Source: Bacteroidales bacterium
GTDB taxonomy: Bacteria > Bacteroidota > Bacteroidia > Bacteroidales > WCHB1-69
NCBI GenBank assembly: GCA_045132235.1
Contig: JBGURX010000038.1
Coordinates: 5,708 to 69,707 of the forward strand
DNA: 64,000 nt
Direction of reading: 5' to 3'
The translations under genes were made by a program, and so were the position numbers. Positions 29,217 to 39,440 of the stretch are shown here, one piece after another. Each line of letters starts with the position of its first letter. The first letter of the stretch is position 1. The notes under the pieces were generated by a model. That model did no database searches. It was not told the origin of the DNA and saw only the letters and a program-made list of their open reading frames with translations.

Positions 29217-31094
29217 TTATCTCCCTCCGTGCGTCACGGTAAACTTCTCCTGCAGGAGGCCTGCCTCGGTCTGTAAACGAACGATGTAGGTGCCGGCAGC
29301 CCAGTCGGCCACAGCAATCTCAACACGCTCGGCATTCGGCTGTGCGCGATAGACGCATCTGCCCGACAGGTCGAACACCTCCACCTGCTGCAGCACAGCA
29401 GTGTTTTCCATCGTCAGCTGCGTGGATGCAGGCATGGGATAGATTTTGAGCTGAGAAGCGAAATCCCTCACCTCATTGGGAAGCGTGTCGCCCGGTCTGA
29501 GATACCAGAAAGAGAGTGAGTCGTGGATATACGTGCGAATATCATAGATATTCAGCGCACTGACATAGCCATTCGACAGAAAAGGCTGTGGGTCGGTGGA
29601 ATAGTTGATTTCCGTACGGTGCGCACTCTGCGAATAATTGGCATTGTTAATCTGTCCGTCCGTGGTGAGCGTGCCTCCCGGACGATAGACATAAACCTCA
29701 TCCAGTATATCCTCTCCATTCCAGCTGGCATTACCTTCAAAATTGGTGTTGATGCGGTAAATCACTGCGCCGCCATTGGGGATATAGGCCTCGAAGGGAC
29801 CGTTGGATTTTCGATATTCAATGACGAAAAACTCGTCAGGGTCTTCCGAATTGATGCGATAGCATATTTTTTCGGGGACGGACGAGCTCACCGGACGAAG
29901 CACATAACGTCCTGAGTTCTCGATGAGGGGAATCTCCTGAATCCAATTCCCGTAACGGTACTTCATGTACGTGCCCCAGTGCTGTGGATGATAGGCGTTC
30001 TGCGCCATCAAGTCCCAGCCACCGACAGGAGTGAACCCCAGTGTGTCGCTATAGTGGTAAAGATCGGGGGCACCGAGTGAATGCGACATCTCGTGGCATA
30101 GGGTGGAATTGCTGAAATACCATTCGTTATCACTCATTTCAAAATTGAAATCCCACACACGCAGTCCATTGATATACACCTCCTCGCCATACAGGCACCA
30201 ACGATGAGGCCAGATCAGGTCGGCCCATCCGGCCACATCACCACGAACCACAAAGCAGATATTGTCCACCAGACCGTCGTTGTTATAGTCAAGGTTGATA
30301 CCCGTAGGCACCATATTGTTTTCGTTCACAAAATCCACCGCCCGTTTCAGCAGCTGCATCTCACGGGTAGTGCGGTTGTCATTCTCATTATCATCATTAT
30401 AACCCATCGGATTGGCTTCCGACCAAGGCATATAATAATCTCTCGGATAGATATCCTCGTAAGATACAATGTTGTCATCCGAGCTTTGCGGCAGGAGGTA
30501 CGAGCGGACAAAAAGCTGGTTGTAAGTATTGTATCTGAAATAGTTGAACATGGAGTTGGTGTAGTTGCCCGTAGGAGACAGCGAACCGCCGCTGGAGGCA
30601 GCCGAAGAGTCGTTGAACATGAGATTCACCTGACTGTAAGTCTGCTGGAAGGGCGCATCGCCGGCGAAACGGATGAAAATCACGAGATTGTTGAAATCAC
30701 CGTGGTTGGCATTTCCGTCGCGGGTGGTGTTCGCACGGCGTGCCTCAATGGGCTGCATCATGGCATCGTATCGTTTGTGCCACTCGGCACTGGATATGCG
30801 GGCATTGGGAGTCAGGCCGACCGATGCAGGGTTCACCTTCCCGGCCACAAAAGCCGTGGGCACCACTTTTCCATTCTCCCGCTGACCATAAACAAAATAG
30901 CCGGTGGCAGGATCCTGCACGATGGTATATCCCTCTGCATCATGCAGATAGTGATAAAACTCGTCGCCCGTAGCGAAGCAGTGAAGGGTGTCACCGTTAG
31001 GTTGCACCACCGTCTGCGGAATATTACTGAAATAGGCGGCATTTGCACAGGAAAGTACCAAGAGCAGGAGGATCAGTGATAATGCTTTTCTCAT
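29217..31094 (-). CDS. M6-family (immune inhibitor A-like) metalloprotease with T9SS type-A CTD
   Basis: The real start is ATG 31094 (MRKALSLILLLLVLSCANA); the track ORF up to 32309 is a spurious extension. Shows PNGDTLHCFATGDEFYHYLHDAEGYTIV, the zinc motif CHEMSHSLGAPDLYHY, and a C-terminal 77-aa sorting domain (LKIYPMPAS...GTYIVRL...). Confidence 0.8.
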   Translation of the reverse strand: MRKALSLILLLLVLSCANAAYFSNIPQTVVQPNGDTLHCFATGDEFYHYLHDAEGYTIVQDPATGYFVYGQRENGKVVPTAFVAGKVNPASVGLTPNARISSAEWHKRYDAMMQPIEARRANTTRDGNANHGDFNNLVIFIRFAGDAPFQQTYSQVNLMFNDSSAASSGGSLSPTGNYTNSMFNYFRYNTYNQLFVRSYLLPQSSDDNIVSYEDIYPRDYYMPWSEANPMGYNDDNENDNRTTREMQLLKRAVDFVNENNMVPTGINLDYNNDGLVDNICFVVRGDVAGWADLIWPHRWCLYGEEVYINGLRVWDFNFEMSDNEWYFSNSTLCHEMSHSLGAPDLYHYSDTLGFTPVGGWDLMAQNAYHPQHWGTYMKYRYGNWIQEIPLIENSGRYVLRPVSSSVPEKICYRINSEDPDEFFVIEYRKSNGPFEAYIPNGGAVIYRINTNFEGNASWNGEDILDEVYVYRPGGTLTTDGQINNANYSQSAHRTEINYSTDPQPFLSNGYVSALNIYDIRTYIHDSLSFWYLRPGDTLPNEVRDFASQLKIYPMPASTQLTMENTAVLQQVEVFDLSGRCVYRAQPNAERVEIAVADWAAGTYIVRLQTEAGLLQEKFTVTHGGR

Positions 31095-31178
31095 TCTAAA
31101 AATCATTAAAATCATACAAAATAACAAAGAAGAAGTGGTGATTTTTACAACAACCTCACCCTTTCCGCTTTGCGGCTG

Positions 31179-31186
31179 CAAAAATA
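31179..31186 (-). promoter_or_regulatory. -7 box (TAnnTTTG) for the M6 protease gene
   Basis: Plus strand reads CAAAAATA, which is TATTTTTG on minus, 84 nt upstream of the ATG at 31094. Confidence 0.4.
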
Positions 31187-31232
31187 AAAAAAATCTTGCT
31201 TTGTGGTAGGGAAAATTTCCATTGATTTTGTG

Positions 31233-31240
31233 TAAATTTG
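31233..31240 (+). promoter_or_regulatory. -7 box (TAnnTTTG) for porQ
   Basis: TAAATTTG lies 16 nt upstream of the ATG at 31257. Confidence 0.5.
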
Positions 31241-31256
31241 CAGCCAAATTTTTAAG

Positions 31257-32348
31257 ATGAGAATCCGAACCATTTTCCTGTCCATCCTGTTTGTTTCCCT
31301 TGTCGGGGTAATGCACGCGCAAGTGGGCGGTCAGTATATATACAACTTTCTGACCCTCAACCACTCCAGCCGTGTGGCAGGCTTGGGCGGAGGACTCATC
31401 GCGGTATATGACGACGACCCGTCGATGCTGCTCAACAACCCGTCGCTCATCGGCGAACGGCACCACACTGCGTTGGAGGTGAATGCGGTGGACTACTTTT
31501 CCAACGCCTCCTACGGCTCCGCGCTCTACTCCCACACCTTCAAGAAGGCGGGCAGTTTTGTGTTTGGCATGGAGATGGTGAACTACGGGAAGTTCACCGC
31601 CACCGACGAGTACGGCATCGAGCAGGGCTATTTCCACGCCGGCGACTACGCCGCCACGGTGGCATGGGGCCGCCAGCTCGACAGCTGCTTCTCCATCGGC
31701 GCCGACCTCAAGCTGATCTACTCGGCCTACGAGTCGTACCAGTCGTTCGGACTGGCCGTGGACGTGGCGGGCAGCTATGTCAACCACAAGAAACGCCTCG
31801 CCTTGTCGCTGATGGCGCGCAACATCGGCACGCCCATCGTGAACTACGTGCCCGGACAGTTCGAGAAGCTGCCCTTCGACCTGCAGATTGCCTTTTCGCA
31901 GCGGTTCAAGTTCCTGCCGGTACGCTACCACATCTCGCTCCACCACCTCTACCGCTGGAACATGGCCTATGTGGGGCCCAACAACCCGCTGTTGGAGTAC
32001 GACGTCATCTCCAAAGAGCCGATCTACCCCAGCAAGGCGGCACAGTTCTTCGACAACTTTTTCCGCCACATCAACTTCGCCATCGAAATCATCCCTGCGA
32101 AATTCCTCTCCTTCTATGTGGCTTACAACCACAACCGACGGCAGGAGATGAACATCCCGCAGAAGCGCACCCTCGCCGGCTTCTCCTACGGTTTCTCCAT
32201 CAACATCAAATCCATCCGCTTCGGATTCTCTCGCATGCACTACGCCACCGGCGCCGTGCCCAACTTCTTCGACTTCTCCGTCAACATCAACGAGCTGTCG
32301 AAACTTCATCAGGAAAACAAAATGAAAAAATTACAACGAACCAACTAA
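31257..32348 (+). CDS. porQ: T9SS outer-membrane beta-barrel protein PorQ
   Basis: 363 aa with a signal peptide. N-terminal GGQYIYNFLTLNHSSRVAGLGGGLIAVYDDDPSMLLNNPSLIG matches the PorQ-family opening I remember. Alternating beta-strand pattern to the end. Confidence 0.7.
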   Translation: MRIRTIFLSILFVSLVGVMHAQVGGQYIYNFLTLNHSSRVAGLGGGLIAVYDDDPSMLLNNPSLIGERHHTALEVNAVDYFSNASYGSALYSHTFKKAGSFVFGMEMVNYGKFTATDEYGIEQGYFHAGDYAATVAWGRQLDSCFSIGADLKLIYSAYESYQSFGLAVDVAGSYVNHKKRLALSLMARNIGTPIVNYVPGQFEKLPFDLQIAFSQRFKFLPVRYHISLHHLYRWNMAYVGPNNPLLEYDVISKEPIYPSKAAQFFDNFFRHINFAIEIIPAKFLSFYVAYNHNRRQEMNIPQKRTLAGFSYGFSINIKSIRFGFSRMHYATGAVPNFFDFSVNINELSKLHQENKMKKLQRTN

Positions 32349-32354
32349 CCGACC

Positions 32355-33557
32355 ATGATACCTTTTTCTCCACCCAGAATCGACGAACGCACCCTCGAGG
32401 AGGTCTGTGCCGCGCTGAAGTCCGGCTGGATCACCACCGGCCCGCGTGTAAAGAAGTTCGAGGATATGCTCTCCCGCTACTGCCACGTGCAGAACGTGCT
32501 GTGTGTCAGTTCCAACTCAGCAGGGATGGAGCTGATGCTGCACTGGTTCGGCGTGGGTCCCGGCGACGAGGTCATCGTGCCGGCCTACACCTACTGCGCC
32601 ACTGCCAACGTGGTGGTGCACTGCGGCGCGAAGCCCGTGATGGTGGATGTGGATGAAAACTTCTGCATCGCGCCGGAGGCCGTTCGCCGCGCCATCACCC
32701 CACGCACCAAGGTCATCATGCCCGTCGATATCGCCGGCTTTCCCTGCGACTATGACGCACTCAACGCCATCGTGCGCGACGAAGCCGTGCGGCGGCAATT
32801 CACCCCCAGCAACGAGATTCAGCGACAACTCGGCCGCATCCTGCTACTGGAAGACGCTGCCCACTCGCTCGGCGCCCGCTACCACGGACAGCCTCTCGGC
32901 ACCCAAGCCGACCTCGCCGTCTTCTCCTTCCACGCCGTCAAGAACCTCACCACCGCTGAGGGCGGCGCCATCTGCCTCAACCTCCCCGAGCCTTTCAACA
33001 ATGAAAATTTGTACAAACAACTGAAAATCAAATCACTGCACGGACAAAGCAAGGATGCACTCTCCAAAACCCAAGCGGGCAACTGGCGGTACGATGTCAC
33101 CGAGGCCGGCTACAAGTGCAACATGACCGACGTGCACGCCGCCATCGGCATCGTGGAGCTGGAACGCTACGACACGGAGACACTCCCCCGCCGCAAGCAG
33201 ATTTTCGATGCCTACAGCAACGCCTTCCGCAACGACCCACGCTTCCAAATCCCCACCTACGAAACCGACGAAAAGACCTCTTCTTACCACGTTTATCCTT
33301 TAAGAATCAAAGGAATAACCGAACAGCAACGCGATGAAATCATGCAGCGTATCTTTGCCCAAGAGGTCAGTGTGAACGTGCACTTCATCCCACTGCCCCT
33401 GCTCAGCTTCTATAAAAACAACGGCTACGACATCCAACATTATCCCACCACTTACGACAACTACTCCCGCGAAATCTCCCTGCCGGTCTATTACGACCTC
33501 ACCGACGAACAGGTGCAGACCGTCATCCAAGCCGTCATTCATGCCATGAACAGCTAA
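32355..33557 (+). CDS. DegT/DnrJ/EryC1/StrS family PLP-dependent sugar aminotransferase
   Basis: 400 aa. GWITTGPRVKKFE, GDEVIVPAYTYCATAN, and the PLP-lysine context FSFHAVKNLTTAEGGAI. Starts 6 nt after the porQ stop. Confidence 0.88.
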   Translation: MIPFSPPRIDERTLEEVCAALKSGWITTGPRVKKFEDMLSRYCHVQNVLCVSSNSAGMELMLHWFGVGPGDEVIVPAYTYCATANVVVHCGAKPVMVDVDENFCIAPEAVRRAITPRTKVIMPVDIAGFPCDYDALNAIVRDEAVRRQFTPSNEIQRQLGRILLLEDAAHSLGARYHGQPLGTQADLAVFSFHAVKNLTTAEGGAICLNLPEPFNNENLYKQLKIKSLHGQSKDALSKTQAGNWRYDVTEAGYKCNMTDVHAAIGIVELERYDTETLPRRKQIFDAYSNAFRNDPRFQIPTYETDEKTSSYHVYPLRIKGITEQQRDEIMQRIFAQEVSVNVHFIPLPLLSFYKNNGYDIQHYPTTYDNYSREISLPVYYDLTDEQVQTVIQAVIHAMNS

Positions 33558-33614
33558 TCATCCTGAAATTCATTAATAAAAAAAATATAAATAATTGATT
33601 ATAAATAAATTATC

Positions 33615-34586
33615 ATGTCAAAGAAAGAGAAAACGCCGCAAGATATCCAAGACCGCAAGAAAAGAATCCGCGTAGCCCTGCTCTGCATCTCAGCTATTCT
33701 TATCTTTTATATCGGAGCCAATTTTTTGAAAGGCATCAATGTTTTTCACAAAAAGACCTACTATTATTGCGTGATGGACGATGCCAGCGGCATACAGCAG
33801 AACACTCCCGTGTATCTGGCCGGCTACAAAATCGGGCAGGTGCAGGAGGTGGAGATGTTGAGTGCCAACCCGCCCCGCATCTGCGCGAAAATCATGCTCA
33901 GCGAGAAGGTGGACATCCCCACCGACTCCAAGCTGAAGCTGAAATCGAGCAGCATTCTCGGCGGCATGCAATTAGACTTGATGATGGGCAAGGCCACCGC
34001 CTATTTCCAGAACAACGACACCATCGCCAGTTTCAAGGAGGCTGGACTGCTGGACGGCATCGATGACATGAAGGCCAAGATTGGCAGCGTGGTGGCCTCG
34101 GTTGACACCATCGGCCTCGAGCTCAAAGACCTGCTGCACAAGGATGGCGGCGGTGAATCGCTGCGCAACACCCTCGCCAACATTGAGGACGCCACCGACA
34201 ACCTCAACAGCATCCTCGCCGACAACAAGGGCAAGGTGAGCAGCCTCGTCACCAGTCTGCAAAAATTCGGCAACACGCTGGAGGACGCTTCTCCCAAGCT
34301 GAACGAAATCCTTGACAACTTCGACAATATCAGCGACACCGTCGCCAAGGCCGACATCGCCGGTGTCATCACCAATGCCAACAGCACCATCAAAGAGGTG
34401 CAAACCCTCGTTGCAAAAGCCAACAACGGCGACGGCACCGTGGCCGCACTGCTCAACGACGAAGGCTTAGTGAAGAAAATCGACGACACCATCAAGAGTC
34501 TCAACGATTTGCTCAAGGATTTCCAAGATAATCCGCGCCACTATCTGAAACCGCTGGGAGAAAAGAAGAAGAAATCTAAGAAATAG
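33615..34586 (+). CDS. MlaD/MCE family protein
   Basis: 323 aa. N-terminal TM anchor, an MCE core (VYLAGYKIGQVQEVEM), and a long helical C-terminal region. Confidence 0.75.
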   Translation: MSKKEKTPQDIQDRKKRIRVALLCISAILIFYIGANFLKGINVFHKKTYYYCVMDDASGIQQNTPVYLAGYKIGQVQEVEMLSANPPRICAKIMLSEKVDIPTDSKLKLKSSSILGGMQLDLMMGKATAYFQNNDTIASFKEAGLLDGIDDMKAKIGSVVASVDTIGLELKDLLHKDGGGESLRNTLANIEDATDNLNSILADNKGKVSSLVTSLQKFGNTLEDASPKLNEILDNFDNISDTVAKADIAGVITNANSTIKEVQTLVAKANNGDGTVAALLNDEGLVKKIDDTIKSLNDLLKDFQDNPRHYLKPLGEKKKKSKK

Positions 34587-34588
34587 GG

Positions 34589-35641
34589 CTACTTCGCCCG
34601 CACCGGGAAGTTGGCGGTCTGCTCGGTCTTGTACTTTCCATTCTCGTCATAGATAAAGTACGCCGACAGGTTCCCCATTCCCTTTCCATGGTCTAAATAT
34701 TCCATGGCCTTTTCGCGTCCCATCACCATAAAGGCTGTGGCGAGTGCATCCACGTAGGCGCAATAGAAGCCGCTTTCATCCATCACCGGCACCTGATACA
34801 CCACCGTCACGCTCAACAGGTCGGACTCTTCGGAGCGGCCGGTTTTAGGGTTGATGATGTGGCTGTAGCGATGTCCGTCGCGCACATGGTAGTTGCGGTA
34901 ATTGCCGCTCGTGGCCACCGCCATGCGGCTGTTGGTCGCCCGGCCCGTCTCAAACGTATAGTCCGACTCCACCGCCCCGTCCTTCGTTGTCGTCGGCACC
35001 TGTATGCCCACGCGCCACGGCACCGGCTCATCCCCGCGCACCTTCACCCCACTGGTCAGCAACTCGCCGCCGATGTCCACAATAAAATCCTTGATTCCCC
35101 TTTTCAGCAACAGTTTCCCCACCCGATCCACCGCATGGCCTTTGGCAATGGCGTTGAAATCCAGCTGCATACGCGGATCCTCCTTCATCAAGCCCTCGCA
35201 CGGTACCCACTGCAGCTTTTCGTAGCCCACAAACTGCATGATGGAGTCGATGGCGGCCTCGCTCACATCGCCTTCCTTGTCCTTGGCGAAGCCCCACTGC
35301 CGGATCAGCGGACCGGCGGTCACGTCGAATGCGCCGTCCGTCTTCTCACTCACCCGCAAGGCTTCATCCAGCAACTCAGCAAAATGGAACTCCCACAAAC
35401 CCGGCTCGTTGCGGTTGAACTTCGACACCGCCGAGTTCTCGTCAAACAGCGAATAGACGCTGTTCACCTCTTTCAGCACAGAATCTATCTGGCTTTCAAT
35501 ACCTTCCACCGGCTTATCGCTGATGTAGGTGACACGATAATAGGTACCGAAGGCAAAGCCCTCTATCACCTCGGGCTGCGGCTTCTTGCACGACACAACA
35601 AGCACAGCTAAAGCTGCGAAAATCAGAAGTTTATTTTTCAT
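34589..35641 (-). CDS. apbE: FAD:protein FMN transferase (ApbE family lipoprotein)
   Basis: 350 aa with lipobox VVSC, FDVTAGPLIRQWGF, and SGNYRNYHVRDGHRYSHIINP. Confidence 0.9.
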   Translation of the reverse strand: MKNKLLIFAALAVLVVSCKKPQPEVIEGFAFGTYYRVTYISDKPVEGIESQIDSVLKEVNSVYSLFDENSAVSKFNRNEPGLWEFHFAELLDEALRVSEKTDGAFDVTAGPLIRQWGFAKDKEGDVSEAAIDSIMQFVGYEKLQWVPCEGLMKEDPRMQLDFNAIAKGHAVDRVGKLLLKRGIKDFIVDIGGELLTSGVKVRGDEPVPWRVGIQVPTTTKDGAVESDYTFETGRATNSRMAVATSGNYRNYHVRDGHRYSHIINPKTGRSEESDLLSVTVVYQVPVMDESGFYCAYVDALATAFMVMGREKAMEYLDHGKGMGNLSAYFIYDENGKYKTEQTANFPVRAK

Positions 35642-35656
35642 AAAAAGGATTATTCC

Positions 35657-36868
35657 CTATTTAAGGTGCAGATTATGCCCCATCTTCTCCTGCTTGGTTT
35701 TGAGGTAGAAACGGTTGATGTCGTTCGGCTCGATGATGATCGGAACGGTCTCCACAATCTCGATGCCGTGACCGAGCAGTCCGGCACGTTTGGCTGGGTT
35801 GTTGGTGATGAGGCGCAGTCGGGTGGCTTTCTGGTCGCGGAGAATCTGCGCACCGATGCCATAGTCGCGCTCGTCGGCCTTGAAGCCGAGTTCGAGGTTG
35901 GCCTCCACGGTGTCGCGGCCCAGCTCCTGCAGATGATACGCCCGCAGCTTGTTCACCAAGCCGATGCCACGGCCTTCCTGGTTCATGTAGAGCACCATTC
36001 CCCTCCCCTCTTTATCAACCATCTCCATCGAGCGGTGCAGCTGCGCGCCGCAGTCGCACTTGCACGAGCCGAAAATGTCGCCCGTGACACAGGAGGAGTG
36101 CACGCGCACCAGCACGTCGTCGCCCTCGTTCCACTCGCCCTTGCGGAGCACCAGATGAGTAAGGCCGTTGTTGAGCTGCGTGTAGGCAATCAGGTTGAAA
36201 TCGCCCCACTGCGTCGGCAGCTTCACCTCCTGCTCCTTGCGGATGAGCGTCTCGGTCTTGACACGATAGGCGATGAGGTCTTGTATGGTGATGATTTTGA
36301 TGCCGTAGTGGGCGGCCACCTCCATCAGCTGGGGCACACGCGCCATGGTGCCGTCGGGGTTGATGATTTCGATGAGTGCACCCACCGGCTGTAAACCGGC
36401 CAGACGGGTGAGGTCAACGGCGGCTTCGGTATGGCCAGCGCGCACCAGCACACCGCCGTCGCGGGCACGCAGCGGGTTGATATGCCCCGGACGGCCGAAG
36501 TCCTCCGGCTTGTGTCCCGGCTCCGCCAGCGCCTTGATGGTGGTGGCGCGGTCGTACATCGACACACCCGTGGTGCAGCCGTGTCCCAGCAGGTCCACCG
36601 TCACTGTGAAAGGCGTTCCCAATAGCGAGGTGTTGTTGTTCACCTGCATCTCCAAGTCCAGCTCGCGGCAGCGGTCCGCGCTCATCGGCGCACACAGCAC
36701 CCCGCGGCCGTATTGCATCATGAAATTCACCTTCTCAGGCGTAATCTTCTCGGCAGCAATGATAAAATCGCCTTCATTTTCGCGATCTTCATCATCCACC
36801 ACAATCAAAAATTTGCCTTCGCGAAAATCCTCAATCGCCTCTTCTATCGTATTGAATTTAATTTCCAT
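35657..36868 (-). CDS. ribBA: Bifunctional 3,4-dihydroxy-2-butanone-4-phosphate synthase / GTP cyclohydrolase II
   Basis: 403 aa. [12 protein letters not shown] (RibB) and [22 protein letters not shown] (RibA zinc site). Confidence 0.95.
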   Translation of the reverse strand: MEIKFNTIEEAIEDFREGKFLIVVDDEDRENEGDFIIAAEKITPEKVNFMMQYGRGVLCAPMSADRCRELDLEMQVNNNTSLLGTPFTVTVDLLGHGCTTGVSMYDRATTIKALAEPGHKPEDFGRPGHINPLRARDGGVLVRAGHTEAAVDLTRLAGLQPVGALIEIINPDGTMARVPQLMEVAAHYGIKIITIQDLIAYRVKTETLIRKEQEVKLPTQWGDFNLIAYTQLNNGLTHLVLRKGEWNEGDDVLVRVHSSCVTGDIFGSCKCDCGAQLHRSMEMVDKEGRGMVLYMNQEGRGIGLVNKLRAYHLQELGRDTVEANLELGFKADERDYGIGAQILRDQKATRLRLITNNPAKRAGLLGHGIEIVETVPIIIEPNDINRFYLKTKQEKMGHNLHLK

Positions 36869-36920
36869 ATAAAATTTACGAGTTAATGATTTAGTAATTA
36901 TCCAATTATCAACATCTAAA

Positions 36921-38162
36921 CTATTTATTGGGCACCAATTTCTGGAAATGAAGCCCTTTCACGGCCCACTGTCCGCTATCGGCCGTTGAGGTGTGGTAGC
37001 GGAAGCCGATACGGATGTCGCCTGACAGGCCATTCAGAACGCCCACCTGCGCACGGTAGAAGCTCGCGCCATCGCGATAGTCGCTGTATGTCAGCGGATT
37101 CCACTCTGTGGTGGCAGGATCGCCGGTGTAGTTGGTGGTGTAATAGATGGTGAATTTGCTCTGGGCGGTGGCATCGGTGTTGAAGAAGGCCTCCTCCACA
37201 TAGAGGGTGCTTTCCTCCACGGTGGCTTTCGGCAGCACGGGCGACACGAGCCACTCGTCGGTGGCAGCATTAACGCCGTTGTGCAGCATATAGTCCTGAT
37301 TGGTGACCCAACCGGTATAATCCCAACCCGTACCGTTGGCGGTGGAGACAGAATATACATCCTGCACAGAACCGAAGGAGAGCACGTCATCGCTGGTGCG
37401 CAGCATCAGCTGGTAGGTGGAGTTATATACGGAAAGGATGCCGACCAAGTCGCCGGTACCGCCGGGAACCAACGCCTTGCGGAACTTGGCATAGTTGGAG
37501 GTACGCACCACGAGGTTGGTCACCGCCTCGCCGTTCACGCTCTTGATGGCGCGGGAGGTGGTGGCAGTCTCTTCCGACCACGGCTTACCCACTGCATCAG
37601 TGGCGAATTCCACATTGTGCAGACGCACCAAGCGGCACACGTTGCCCTCGTTAATGTCGTAGGCGCTCATGATGTCGATGGGCGCCACCGGCTGCGGCAG
37701 CCCGTCGCGATGGAGGTACTGGTCCAAGTAGTGGCCATCCACACGGCCCACATCGCCGTTGTAAATCCAGCCCACCTGATACACGCCATGGTAGTTGCCC
37801 ACCACAAGACCGCTGCAGTCAAGATAGACGGTCTGTCCCACGGGATAGGTGTGGCACAGGCCTGTCTGGTTGATTTGCAGCTGGATGGCGCCGGTCTCGT
37901 CCTGGATGACCATATTCTTGTAGAAGTTGCCACCCTCGTCGGAACTCACCACCGTAGCCCGCACGATGAAGGTCTCACCGGCATGGCAGATGGAGTCGAG
38001 ATGCCCCGCGTTGGTATATACATTGATGATATCTTGAATGGTCTTGTTAGCAGGCTCACCGGTATAGGTCGGCACCTCAAAGGCGGGGTCTTCCCACTTG
38101 TTGCAGGAGGTGAAGGTGAGCACTGCGGCCATCATCAGAATCAGGGAAAGATATTTTTTCAT
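36921..38162 (-). CDS. Surface lipoprotein, N-terminal OB-fold-like (DUF5689-like) domain plus C-terminal choice-of-anchor-J-like domain (paralog A)
   Basis: 413 aa with lipobox LTFTSC. Core [31 protein letters not shown]. The C-terminal WLVSP...IYYTTNYTG...IRIGFRY pattern. A clear paralog of the next gene. Confidence 0.7.
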   Translation of the reverse strand: MKKYLSLILMMAAVLTFTSCNKWEDPAFEVPTYTGEPANKTIQDIINVYTNAGHLDSICHAGETFIVRATVVSSDEGGNFYKNMVIQDETGAIQLQINQTGLCHTYPVGQTVYLDCSGLVVGNYHGVYQVGWIYNGDVGRVDGHYLDQYLHRDGLPQPVAPIDIMSAYDINEGNVCRLVRLHNVEFATDAVGKPWSEETATTSRAIKSVNGEAVTNLVVRTSNYAKFRKALVPGGTGDLVGILSVYNSTYQLMLRTSDDVLSFGSVQDVYSVSTANGTGWDYTGWVTNQDYMLHNGVNAATDEWLVSPVLPKATVEESTLYVEEAFFNTDATAQSKFTIYYTTNYTGDPATTEWNPLTYSDYRDGASFYRAQVGVLNGLSGDIRIGFRYHTSTADSGQWAVKGLHFQKLVPNK

Positions 38163-38180
38163 GATGAAAGGATTTTAGGA

Positions 38181-39422
38181 TTAACGGACAGGCGTGCCCT
38201 TGACTTGCACGCTGTTGATGCGCCAGTTGGCGCCATTGGCATCGCGGTAGCGGAAGGCGATACGGAAGTTGCTGTTAGCGGTGACCTCCGCCGGAAGGAC
38301 TTCCAGCTTGTTGAATCGCACCCAGCCATTCTCATCGATGGAGGTGCCGTTGAAAGAGGTGCTGTAATACATCTCCATCAGGCCATTGTCGGAGGCGTTG
38401 GCCACATCCTCCACGGCGACAAACACATTCTGGTAGCCGCTCAGTCCGGTGATGGACGGAGATACCAGCCAGCTGTCAATCAACGTACTATTCTGATTTT
38501 GAATGGCAAAGGCGTGACCAGTGGCATAATAGAACCAGCCCGCATCGCCCTGCACGCTCCAGCCCTGCCCGTCGAGCGGGTTCTGGTTGAGGTCAACGCT
38601 GTACACGGTCTGCACGTCAGAGGGATTGACACCGCCGCCGCCCGCGATGCGCACATCCGCCAGCGAGCGGATGATAAGCTGCGGGGTGGTGTTGTAGATG
38701 GTGAGGATGCCGTAGATGTCGCCCTCGCCCTCCGGCAGCAGCGTGTTGGCGAAAGTAGCGTAGCTGCTGGTACGCAGCACAATCTCCGTATTGTCGCCCA
38801 TCACGATGTTGCGTGAAGTGTTGGCGCCTGCATCGCAGTAGTTGGCCTTTCCGCCATCCTCAAAATGGCAGCCTTCCAGCTTCACCAAGCGGTTGTACAT
38901 GCTCTCGTCAAGCTCGTTTTTGGAGGTGATGACCAACGCCTCGGGTTCCGCCCCGCACACGCCATCGCGGTGCAGGTACATGTCCTCGCGTGAGGAGGAG
39001 ATGCCCGTCATGGCGCCATCGACCCATAAACCGAGCTGCTTGTTCTTGCGGTAGTCGCCAATCACCAAGCCATCGCACTCCACAAAGATGCGCTGTCCGA
39101 TGCTGTACTTGGGATAGAGGTGCGAGTCATCCACCTTGATCATGATGGCGCCCGTCTCATCCTGAATGGTGAGATACTTATAGCAGTTGCCCTCCTGATC
39201 GCTGGAGGTGACCACACCCGTGATGACGGTGCCTTCAGGGATTTCAGAGTAGCTGTCGGTGCCGCTCACCGTGTGGTACGAGAGCAGCTCCTCGATGGTC
39301 ATGTTGGCCGTGCCGGGGTAGGTCAGCACGGGAGCCACGTCCAGCTCCTTGTTGCACCCCGCCGCCAGCAACGCCAGCAGCGCGACCGCCATCATCGTTT
39401 TTACTTTGCCGATTGTATTCAT
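38181..39422 (-). CDS. Surface lipoprotein, N-terminal OB-fold-like (DUF5689-like) domain plus C-terminal choice-of-anchor-J-like domain (paralog B)
   Basis: 413 aa with lipobox LLAAGC. Core [31 protein letters not shown]. The C-terminal WLVSP...MYYSTSFNG...FRIAFRY pattern. Confidence 0.7.
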   Translation of the reverse strand: MNTIGKVKTMMAVALLALLAAGCNKELDVAPVLTYPGTANMTIEELLSYHTVSGTDSYSEIPEGTVITGVVTSSDQEGNCYKYLTIQDETGAIMIKVDDSHLYPKYSIGQRIFVECDGLVIGDYRKNKQLGLWVDGAMTGISSSREDMYLHRDGVCGAEPEALVITSKNELDESMYNRLVKLEGCHFEDGGKANYCDAGANTSRNIVMGDNTEIVLRTSSYATFANTLLPEGEGDIYGILTIYNTTPQLIIRSLADVRIAGGGGVNPSDVQTVYSVDLNQNPLDGQGWSVQGDAGWFYYATGHAFAIQNQNSTLIDSWLVSPSITGLSGYQNVFVAVEDVANASDNGLMEMYYSTSFNGTSIDENGWVRFNKLEVLPAEVTANSNFRIAFRYRDANGANWRINSVQVKGTPVR

Positions 39423-39440
39423 AGTGAAGATTTTTATCTG

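Noticed and set aside
31095-32309. Upstream 405-aa extension of the track ORF 29217-32309 (1030 aa).
   Set aside because: The extension is antisense to porQ and has shadow-ORF composition. The real M6 protease begins at ATG 31094 with a clean signal peptide and has its own -7 box at 31179-31186.
31664-32656. 330-aa Arg/Pro/His-rich plus-strand ORF spanning the porQ-aminotransferase junction.
   Set aside because: It is an out-of-frame overlap of two genes with strong family motifs. It has extreme Arg/Pro composition and no independent start signals.
36869-36920. Possible FMN riboswitch upstream of ribBA.
   Set aside because: The gap is only 52 nt, AT-rich and without the conserved FMN-element helices. 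That is too short for the aptamer of about 130 nt or more.
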